NCBI GenBank assembly: GCA_000934665.2
Contig: KZ539218.1
Span: 1-45,411, forward strand
DNA from: Catajapyx aquilonaris
Lineage: Eukaryota
Reading direction: 5' to 3'
DNA: 45,411 bases
Of this stretch, positions 1 through 9,964 are shown in pieces. The notes below the pieces were generated by a model. The model was given only the letters and a program-made list of their open reading frames with translations. It was not told the DNA's origin and ran no database searches. Numbering within the stretch: the stretch's first letter is position 1; every line of letters begins with the position of its first letter. A program made the position numbers and the translations under genes.

Positions 1-280
1 GGGGGGGGGGGTGAACTGTGAATTTTGTTTTGCATTATCTGTCCTATAGAATCGCCGTATAAAAAGTATAACAAACATAGCCTACAATTGTATGAAATAT
101 GAAAAAAAATTAAAACCAAAAATGTACCAAAAAGTGCATAAAAATAAATAAAATGTATCAATACGTAGAAAGTATACATAAAATATACCAAAACAATAAC
201 TACAAAAAATGTATAAGATAAAATATTTCTAATATCAAGAAAGACTCCTTAGGATGAGAATTTGTATCTGATTTCTGGGA

Positions 281-430
281 GACATTTGTCACCTGACCCG
301 TCGGCAATAACAATAAATGCATAAAATAAAATATATTTTCTAATTTCAAGACATATACGATACATGAAAATTTGGATGTAAAAGTTTGTACTTTATTTTT
401 GGGAGAAATATTTGTCACCTGACCCGTCGG
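281..430. repeat. Short direct repeat (two copies)
   Basis: ATTTGTCACCTGACCCGTCGG at 284-304 and 410-430, with similar upstream sequence. Confidence 0.7.
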
Positions 431-1404
431 ACCTGAACGTGGTTTGCCACCAACGTCGAGCTTTCTCAATTTTTTTCTAACTACTTTTAACTGACATTTA
501 TGGCATTGAATGAGAGTGTAGGCGCCTTCAAAGAACTGACATGGTTCGAGTAATAAAATTATTAACCGCACTTTTTTTTTGTACCTTTCCTGAACGCGTC
601 ACTAAACTTTGAAGAAGAAGAAGAGAGAGAAAAAAAAACCACCGACTTGTGTAATTTGGATGTCAGCACCTGCGTGATGCCATCAAATCTTATATCAGGT
701 GGGATGCTCCAACCCACGATCACCACCTCGAATTGTTGTTGTTTTTTCGGGAAAAGCGTTGGTTCACCCAGTGGGTCTTTTTCCAAAAAATTGATAAGGA
801 GAAAGAGAAAAAAAATAAGAAGGTTTTGACCCGCCTTTCGAAAGCGGTTCCCTGTCATTAGCGGCTACCTTGTAGAGGATGATTTAGGAAACACAGGATA
901 CGGCAAAATGAGGCTATAAAACACGTCATAAATATATTCAAGCATTACATTACAATGGCTGTGCACCCCCTCCTGAGGGGGCACCTGTGCGGGTCAAGTG
1001 TAATTATCGTACCAACCGCATCGACTTTTTGACGGGTGAGAGATCGGGACAACAATAAAAAAAAGAAGCTTGAGATGAGGATAAAAAGAACCAAGTGTGT
1101 GTGTGCACAGTGGCTTAACGAGAAACTGCCTCCAAGCCTCATGTAGCCGACTCTTGCACGTACCCGCCCACTTAGACCTGATATGAATTAATGATGTGGA
1201 GTTGAAATTCTGTTTTTTTTCTACGAAAGGGACCCCGGCAATCCGACACAAATGGATGATGATTGCATTTGCACGTACGCCATGTTGCAATCTGAATTAT
1301 TAAAAATTACTGTACGCAATATTTTTGAAAGTGTCATTGCATCCAGGAGATTTGAGGGTGTGGTGATAGAGAAAAAAACATGATAACCCTCATTTTTGTC
1401 ACTT

Positions 1405-1580
1405 ACCATGAATTCCGTCCTACAGAAAATTCTATTGCAATAATTTCGAAATTTTGACAAAAAAAATCGCAATCGAATTTTCTGTATAGGACGGAATTCA
1501 TGGTGTTTTCGATTGCAAATATTTTTCGTCCAAATTTGAACAAATTGCAATCGAATTTTCTGTAGGACGAAATTAATGGT
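1405..1580. mobile_element. Small fold-back MITE-like element with a duplicated right arm
   Basis: ACCATGAATTCCGTCCTACAGAAAATTCTATTGC (1405-1438) is inverted at 1469-1504. A second copy of the right arm is at 1545-1580. Confidence 0.7.
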
Positions 1581-3659
1581 TTTAAATCAGGTGAGGTCAT
1601 ATTTTAAGAAAATGTTTTGACTTCTTGTATCCAACAGACTTTTTGACGTCGTGTGCGGTACGGACCACCAACACACTGCTACCAATTTCGTTCTATCGGT
1701 ATACAGGGCCCATTACCTTCCAGAAACACTGCCCTCTACTTATGTCAAGCAAACGTCCAACCGAAATTGCACCCCCCAAAAAATTGGAAAAACCACCACA
1801 ATATCTGCCCTCCGGTCCTCTCAAAATGAATAACTAAATTAAGGACTAAAAAGGTGCTTCGAAATGTATGAATCCTTTACATGGTGATCAATAAGGCATG
1901 ACCAAATGATGGGGGTGGAAAAGGACGGTGTGGAAAAAAGCACACCGACAAAACACCGGCCTGTCTCCACCTGTTAAAAAGGGCCGGCACATGAATCAAA
2001 AAAGAGACCACCGGTACATTTGAGAATCAGAAAATTTCTTTGGAAAAACTGACATAATTAAAAGGCAAGCACCGCCCTTTAATCCCGAGGCATATTTTTG
2101 GAGAGCAAGAAAACTAAAGTTCCCTAGATACGATGTTGTGGTATTGTTTCTAGGTAGTTTAACTTACGCATAGTCTCGGTCGAGTAGTTCGGGGACGGAA
2201 GTTTTCTTGCCCTCCCATCGGCCTATTATCCCCCCCTCCTAGTAAACGGGTGTAATTTTGTTTATACTTGGCTTTTCACCTGGTTAAAGGCCACTTGTTA
2301 GCGCTGTCAGCGTACAAAGGCCGATTGGCGAGCGGCGCGGCCTCTCAAAAGTAGCGGCCGTGCAAGCCGCAGCGCCACGCGAGCGGAGGCCCTGCAATCA
2401 AAGCACCCCCACCTCCTAGGAAAAACCCCACCCAACCCACCACACAACACTCTTTTTGCCCCTTGTCTCTACTAACCCCTCGTATAGTAACAAAAAAAAA
2501 AACAACACACACACCTCTCCCTGAAGGGTAATCTAAAAAAAGAATGGAAATTTTTTGGGGAAAAACTGGACCGTTGTTTTCTGGAGGGTAGGGTGTTGTT
2601 CCGGATTAGTTTAATTCCGGTTATGGAAGGATGTACCGGACAGTAGACGGGTGTACGATAGTCCTTCAGCTGTACTTACAGATGATGGAGTCAATTGTAT
2701 CATACAGCAATTACAGTGCACTAAGGAGGAGTTCAAATTTGACCGCATGATGTCACGTTCAATATTCCTGTAAGTAACTAGGGAATATCTGCACACCGCA
2801 ATAATCGACAGCTGGGACGACCCATCTATAAGCAATAAATGACATTGTCGTGGCAAATGCAGACGTGGGATTGTGATATCCACATTTCGTAACAATGGGT
2901 GTGGCACAATCGCGATTTATTTATTTATGTTTTTTTTTTGTTTTGCATTTTTATTTTTCGGTGATTCAGTCGGTGGGAGGCAAATCGCCGTTGTTTTCTA
3001 AAATATGGTTGGGTTTTAATTCCGTTTCAGGCCGACATGGCGCTTTTACCGGGCAGAACTGGCCCGTACCTACATGGCACAGAAATGACAACCTTCCGTG
3101 TGAGTATAAACGAAAACAAGATGATGTTGTGATGAGCAAGAAGAAGTTTGTTGGGTATCAGGGGGCACGAGACCTGCGAGTATAAACAACCCGGGCTAGA
3201 TGTATCTTTATATATGGTAGAGGGGGAGGGGGGACTGGCCAAAGGGTAGTTTGTTGGTTGAGTGTTGGTTGAGTGGGGGTTTCGCTCAGTGACGAAGGAT
3301 GTAGGAATGCGCAGTTACGGCCTTGGAGCAGGAAGTGCGGTGTCGGCTCATCCATCCCATGGGCCAAGCCCGCCCGACCTGCCCTCCTCGCCTGCTCAAC
3401 CCACTCCATCATTTAACCATCAAGCGCCCCATGCATTCATGCCCAAACCACCCTCCATTTTTGTTGCGTTCCCGCCTCGGCACGTGTGGGACGCGCCATC
3501 TTGATATAACTCGCCGGTAGTTGGCGCGCAGGCAGCGGGGGTGAGACCACTACGCCACCTACCAGACATTTTCGCAAAGAATATTACACGAGACCACCCT
3601 ATAGAAATTCATTATTCAATTATTTCACGAGTGAACCCGTTGCCATAACTTGGTAACAC

Positions 3660-3760
3660 TGCCCACTTTGACTTAGTACGATATGCCCCTCACAGATGGC
3701 GAGCCGCCCTCTCCGTACACTACTGCCACTAATGGGGAAATTACTCAAATTAGTACTTAG
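3660..3760 (+). repeat. Dispersed repeat family E, copy 1
   Basis: Shares TAGTACGATATGCC with 27009-27022. Shares ACAGATGGCG..CCCTC..ACACT.CTGCCAC..ATGGG..AGTA.TTA with 41145-41220. Confidence 0.6.
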
Positions 3761-5470
3761 TGTAGGTACACCTACGTACACGAGTACGTACATCTATAAT
3801 ATAGCCTCGCCTAGCCAATTCTATATGAGACACCCTTTATTGCTTTTTCATTAGGAATTAATTGATTTGGTTACATTATTAAAATTAAGCAACCGTCGCA
3901 ACCCGTCACGTAATAATAAAGCTTATCTTTATAGAAGTAACAGAAATGCGCAGTTTGTCCCACTCGTGTAGGCTTTGCAATTATTGCGTGTGCTCCAGTG
4001 GAGGCCACGTGGGGACTGAAAAGCCTACTGGAAGACTTTGTGCTCGTGCTCATTGGTTGTAATTAGGCTCATTTAGTCATTGAGACAAAATTAAAGCTAC
4101 GCATTATTTTCATGAGCCGACAAGTGAACTTCTCGACTACACTGCCAGAAAAGCTTGACATTTTTTCTCGTAATTATCCCAAGTGCGTGTGGAGAGCAAT
4201 ACAGCTCCAGTTTAAGCTTTTAAAAAATTATCCTAGGCTGCATTTTCAAATAGGTAATTAAGCAGCCACCTCCTGGGATTACTGCTAATTAATTATAGCA
4301 TTGCCGATTGACCAGTTTTAGGAGCTATCCGAATATTGACTACTGATATTACATTGAAAATCATATCTGCGGTTAACTGTATTTTAAGACGAATAAATTT
4401 ATTAGAAATGAAAGTAACCATAATAAGCAGGAATGGCCTGTTGTGTGAACGCAGATTAAGGAGCTAAACTCAGATTATGCATTTCCCCCATTGTATACAA
4501 CCGACTTTATATTCAGAAATATTTCATCTAATTTGTGTTGATGCAACCGGTCCTAAGTGTCAACTAGTTGGCACCACTGCCAGAATTATTATGATATACA
4601 AGCGCCGTTATATTTTTTTCCCCCCTCCCAAAAATTTCGGCTCATATTTGAACCCATGCCAGTCCACGTGCGCCTGATCTTCACAAACAACAACAACAAC
4701 AACAGGTTGATTACACATTATTTGACACCGATTTAAAAACCAGTTGTGACAAGGTACTTCCAAAACATGAAGCTCAACCTTTTCCCACCTGTTGGAAAAA
4801 GAGCGAGCCTAAAAACGGGTCTTACTTGGGGGCCTTTCCCTTCTACCTTTATTTTTATTTTTATTTTTATTTTTATTTTAAAGAAGATGGTGGTGGTATA
4901 GGGGTGGAGAGGACGAAGAAGAAATATTGGCCCTTTGTTTTCTCCTGGCCATCTTCCCCCTCCCTCCACACTGAACCTCATTATAGCCTCATAGGGTGGC
5001 TCATAACCTTGGGGCTGTTGGGTACACTGCTTCTTCTTCTTCTTCTTCTTCTTCACCTGGATGCTGTGCCTTCTTCTTCTTCTTTCTTCTCCATCCCCTC
5101 CTGTTTGCTTGCTTGCTTCCCAACCCCGCCGCCACTCAGACGGGACAATGGAGCTCGGCCTTGAAGGTTCTTCCACTCCCCCACCTCATTCTAACCCCCC
5201 CTCTACACACACACACACACACACTCATTCTGGCTCTTCGGGACTTTTGGAGCTGGCCCTCCTGGCTTGCCAACTGTGCCGAACTTGCACACATTCCTGG
5301 CTTGGGCATGGACTCGCCGATTGGATAAATAAACATGGTATTTTGGTAGGGGCTTTATCTGGTAAACCCTGGTTTTGTATTTTAGGACTGGACTAGAATT
5401 ATGTGGACTTTTTTTTTGCGTAAATTAACGGATAACTCCTAGTTATCAATGTACAGTACAATGCTGAACA

Positions 5471-5591
5471 TTAATGGTGTCGTACTGGTGGCGCCATGAG
5501 TCGTTGATGGCGAAAGAGCGAACAGAAGTGATGAAACTACATCCCCTCGATTCGCTCTTTCACCGTCGTCAGGTAGTGGCGCCACCATTAA
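5471..5591. mobile_element. MITE family A, internally deleted copy
   Basis: TTAATGGTGTCGTACTGGTGGCGCCA...AAAGAGCGAA / TTCGCTCTTT...CACCATTAA; homologous to 18138-18542. Confidence 0.8.
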
Positions 5592-5599
5592 TGCCCAGC

Positions 5600-5780
5600 A
5601 TAATTTACAAGTACGAGATTCGCCAAAGATTTCTTGTGATCTACATGAAGATTTCCATTAATGTCAACCAGCACTGTAGGAAATTTCCAAAATGATTTGT
5701 ACGAGATTCGCACAAATTATCGTGATTTACATGAAGATTGACATACCAAGAGGCTCGAGATTTCTGATGATTTACATGGG
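5600..5780. repeat. Degenerate tandem duplication (~88-bp period)
   Basis: GTACGAGATTCGC at 5611 and 5699; GTGATYTACATGAAGATT at 5636 and 5722; partial third copy at 5768. Confidence 0.6.
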
Positions 5781-5961
5781 GGGATTCAACCTCCGAGCCA
5801 TGATTGTTGCTGGGGTCAACAACCCAAGTCCACGGCGCAGGAGGATATACAGGAGGGGAAAAGTTACGAATTTCTTAACTTCAGAAACCTGAATGAACGA
5901 TAAGTGACAAGTGAATCATTGCTGTAGCGAACAATCCATTCTTCACCTTACCAATGTGACA

Positions 5962-6090
5962 TTTGACGTCACATCCGGTTGCCATGTATGTTTGACGTCA
6001 CTCGGTCGCCATATTGAAATATGGTTGACGTCACATCCGACCGCCATGTTGAAACGGGATTGACGTCACTTGTTGGCGCCATATTTGAAA
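5962..6090. promoter_or_regulatory. Four-unit tandem array, each unit a CRE palindrome plus a YY1-like GCCAT motif
   Basis: TGACGTCA at 5964, 5993, 6026 and 6061, each followed within ~10 bp by GCCAT. Further TGACGTCA at 6388 and 6958. Regulatory function is inferred. Confidence 0.5.
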
Positions 6091-6696
6091 AGATGGTTTC
6101 CGTCGCGTGCTGCCAGCATTGTCAGTGTGTTACGGTTGGGTGTCGCGTTTCATTCAATGTCCAGTGGCACCCGCATCAATAAAACGGGCGTCAATGGGAG
6201 GGCCTTGTTTACTCGACGGGGTGAGAGGATAGGTGGGTGGGGGTGGGGGGGTTTGTTTGTGTGCCTTGCCGTTTTTATGTAATGGATACACAGGACTTTT
6301 CGGGGGTGGGTGTGTATGTGTGTGGGGGGTTGCTCTTCAGGCTGGATGAACAAAAGCGGAGGACCTCATGTACCATGCGGTTCTGTGTGACGTCACTAGT
6401 GACACTGTCGGGGAGGGCCCAACAAAAATCCTTGGCCTTGGACTTACTTTTTCGAAATAAGGGGGAGGGGGAACCCTAATTGCTTTGAAGTCCCCCCCTT
6501 TTTTTATTTTTATTGCGAGTGTTACAGGGTGGTCAATTGCCCTTGAAGTGGTGGAAGCTATTCAAGAAGACGGAATTGGCAACGACGGGGAAAGGGAAAA
6601 AGTGGGACCAACGACCGCCCTTGATCGTCCTAGGGTTGAATATTACGAACAGACCTGTACTGTCGTCAGCCTATAATATTATGTTGGATTGTACAC

Positions 6697-6762
6697 GTAC
6701 TGTGCTGGTGGTGCCAAATTGAATTGCCTCCGTTCAATTCGCTCTTTTGCCGCTACTATTAA
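6697..6762. mobile_element. MITE family A remnant
   Basis: GTACTGTGCTGGTGGTGCCA...TTGCCTCCG...AATTCGCTCTTTTGCCGC...ATTAA pieces match family A arms. Confidence 0.55.
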
Positions 6763-7888
6763 TGACCGAAATTTCAATCAGTGTGTACAATTTTTCAACT
6801 TTTTTTAAAAAAATGTATATGATGCAATGTGGGCCTCTAATTAACGACCAGGGTGTGCACGCCGGCGGAATCCGAAATTGGGCCTGTAAACTCGACGGAT
6901 AAGCATGGCGCAATAATTAGTGTCCATCTTGGAAACCAGGGTGTAATGAGCGGGGTGTGACGTCACATCCGAAAATCCTGCCTCGGTTTTCCAAGTCTTG
7001 AGGAGGCGTTGAGCATGTGATGAAGCCTTGTCTGGACCAAACCGCCCTTAGGATGCTGCTCGTTAGCTTACGACTCATCATCATCATCATAAGCGCCATC
7101 AGAAGGTCCGGACTGAAACTAGCGGAAAATTGAAGCCAGTTTATATTATGGTGAAGGAGGCGTGGCAGGCGGTTTGTAGCCCGTCCGGAATTTATAACAA
7201 ATGTCACGAGCCAGGCTGTTGTTGCTTAGTGTTACGTGAGATGTGGTGTACACATACGGGGGGTGTAGGAATGTCAAACATAAGGTTGGGTTCAAAGTGC
7301 AAGGGTTCACATTGGTCTTTGGTCATTGCATTTTGTAACCGACTGTATGTCCCCCGAGAAGAAAAAAAAATGCGCGTCTTGAACATGGGTCCCCGCCTTG
7401 TTGGGTTGTCTCGTAACCGGAGATTTGTGGTCGCAGGGTCACCGGTGCTCTTTCTATCATGGCGGCCACCTTTTTTTTCTTCTTCTCCTTATCCACCCCC
7501 GAAAATACACCCCAGGGCCCTTCCACGCCCTTTTGTTTACTCGCACCCCCTCTTTTTTTTTCTGTGTGTGGTCAGGTAGTTACTTCTCTGCCAACCCTGA
7601 AAATTGAGGTTCTTTCGACACGATATTTTTTGGGGGGAAACGTTGGTGGGGTGCGATTAATTGGTCATGTTGGCACTACTGGTCCGGGTACACACACACA
7701 AAAAAAAAACTGGGGAGAGAGAACACCCGACCGTTGAAGGACAAGCGTATTGAACCTGAAGGTCAGGGAAGGGCTTGTTTTTGTGTCCTCACCGCCCTGA
7801 ATGGGGAGCGATCGGTTTGGCGCACCTGAAATATTTGGGGAGTCATACTATGCCCAGGTAAATGTACAGTACACGGTCTTACAATATA

Positions 7889-8363
7889 CAGTTGAATCAG
7901 GATATAACAGACTACAAGGGTGCCTGGGAGCGCTGAAAAATAGCCAAATCGCCACTTTTGCAACGAATACGCAAAGTTTTCTGCTTTCCATTGGCATATA
8001 ATGCACGGATTAATGAAACTGATCACAAAATTGCAAAAAAAACGTAATTTTCTTCTGCCGTCTATTTCTTGCCAAATATAGGCCTACCAGAAAAAGAATG
8101 ATTTTTACCTTGTCGGCAAGTAGATCATTGACAGATGGGAAAACCATCCTCGAGCTCCAGTGATTGCCTCGCATGGAAAATGATGCTGAGTAATTAAAAG
8201 CAGCACTGTGGGGCCTAGAAATGGTATGTGGTACCAGAGATGAGGTGAAGATGAGTCTGTTATATCAGGAGTGAAAATTATACAGGGCGAGGGCCTTATG
8301 GAACATTTCCGCGGCGTTTCGAGTCTTTATAACCGAAAGATTTGTTATATCCAGAGTCAACTG
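7889..8363. mobile_element. Tigger/pogo-like MITE family D, copy with ~280 bp of extra internal sequence
   Basis: TA|CAGTTGAATCAGGATATAAC ... GTTATATCCAGAGTCAACTG. 8241-8363 aligns with 14338-14466. Confidence 0.65.
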
Positions 8364-8421
8364 TGTACATCTTATCGCTTATCAGTTCTCACTCGTAGGG
8401 AGTGGCGTTTCCGCTTCGGCG

Positions 8422-8601
8422 CTGGTGTACATGTTGGACATTAATCGAGGCATATTAAGTACTAGCGACATTTTCCGAAGTGGCAGAAAAAGGAATCGAA
8501 GATAAGGATATTGCAAGCCGGGCGAGCAAGATTCCTTCTTCTGCCGCTTCGGAAAAATGTCGCTGGCAGTATGCCTCGATTTATGTTCAACACTGCACCA
8601 G
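8422..8601. mobile_element. Fold-back element (~75-bp imperfect arms)
   Basis: CTGGTGTACATGTTGGACATTAATCGAGGCATA...GCGACATTTTCCGAAGTGGCAGAA..AGGAATC pairs with GATTCCTTCTTCTGCCGCTTCGGAAAAATGTCGC...TATGCCTCGATTTATGTTCAACACTGCACCAG. Confidence 0.75.
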
Positions 8602-9872
8602 TGTGGCGACCCTGGATTCGGATGAAGCCGACAATTCAAATTGAGTCCGTTGCATATGCAGTCGAGGTTTGGATTTAATTTCTAGTTGAATTGAAGAAGG
8701 GGGCCCCGGATTTTCAACCCCACGTCTCTCTTATTCCACCTGGCAAATTCCGGGCATTTTCAGGCAGACCCCATGTTGTGACATCATGAAAAGAGAGGGG
8801 GGTCCGGATTCGGCCCCCCTTCACTCCAGCCCCCCCCCCCTCTTTTGTGCGGTGCGGAAAAGGATTTTGGCAGAACTTTAGCGACAAAGACATGAGGAAG
8901 TGCTTTCATGTGGCTGCAGTGTGGGGTTTTTAAGTGCAAGTAGGGAATGCTCCAGGGGTTTTGTTGGCCCGCGCGTGTGTGTGTGTTCGCCCCCCCCCCC
9001 CTCTCTTTCAACACTGACAATTGAAATATGTAGCTCAAGTGCCCCCCTTTGAATTGAACCTCGGCTAGAAAATGGCGATCCGGTCATATCTGACAAACCA
9101 TTTGATGTAGCTGGTTATGTGTGACTCAGCATGATTACCATGGATTCAAAATGGCCACAATTCAATATGGATGCGAATCAACATGGCGGTCGAATGTGCC
9201 ACGTGGCTTGAATTTATCACGTGTTTTTCTGGCAAACCTCATCATCCTGCCTGCCTGTCTGCTTGTCGACCAAAAAATGTGGGCAAACTTCAAGATGGCG
9301 AATCCAGTTGGCCTCCAAGGATGCTTGGCAGGCAGGGTGATGGACAGAGGGGAAAGTAAACGCCCTTTGGCTTGAGGTTGAGGAGGACACTTTATTGCCC
9401 CCTTGGAACGCCAGAAAAGCAAACCGGTCCCAAGCCCCTTTGCATCAAGGGAAAAAGTAAGGGAGGGTGATTGGCTATAATGCGGGATGACTGGTACAGT
9501 TAAGAAGAGAACCAAGGTGGTAATATCTGCGAGTGCGAAACGAAAGGATAGGAGGATTAAGAGAGAGTGACGTTAGACGAAAAAGGCCGCTTGACAGCTG
9601 CCGTTTAGCAACGGAAAAAAAAAACCCACGAGGGGGGGTGGGTAGGGTGTGGATTATTTTGGCAGGCATATTTACGTTAGAGGGAAGCAGTGTCAACAAA
9701 TAGTGGCGGGGAAGAGTGGCAGACTTTGAGATTTCAGGACCGGAGGATGCTTTGCCATCTAGAAATCAAACGCCCCCTTTGTTGGCTGTCAGAAAATTTT
9801 CGCTTGTTACAAAATAGGGGCTGCTCGTGTCCATACCTTGACAATAATTGCTTGTTTAAAAATGCAGGGTTG

Positions 9873-9964
9873 TGACTAACCTTTTTGTCCCCCTTTTTTT
9901 CCAGGTATGTAGTGATTTTGTGCCCGAAACCAACTCCATGGGACAACGCGCCGTTATTGTAAGT
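9873..9964 (+). other. Candidate recursive splice site (ratchet point) with 54-nt RS/cassette exon 9905-9958
   Basis: TGACTAAC branch point (9873-80), pyrimidine tract CTTTTTGTCCCCCTTTTTTTC, CAG|GTATGT (AG 9903-04), and a second donor GTAAGT at 9959-64. The exon reads open in phase 0: VCSDFVPETNSMGQRAVI. Confidence 0.6.

Noticed and set aside
7546..7581. Additional AG|GT site (CAG|GTAGTT); similar weak sites at 13357 and 17319
   Set aside because: Each lacks a clear branch point, a good pyrimidine tract or a strong regenerated donor; not distinguishable from background without data.
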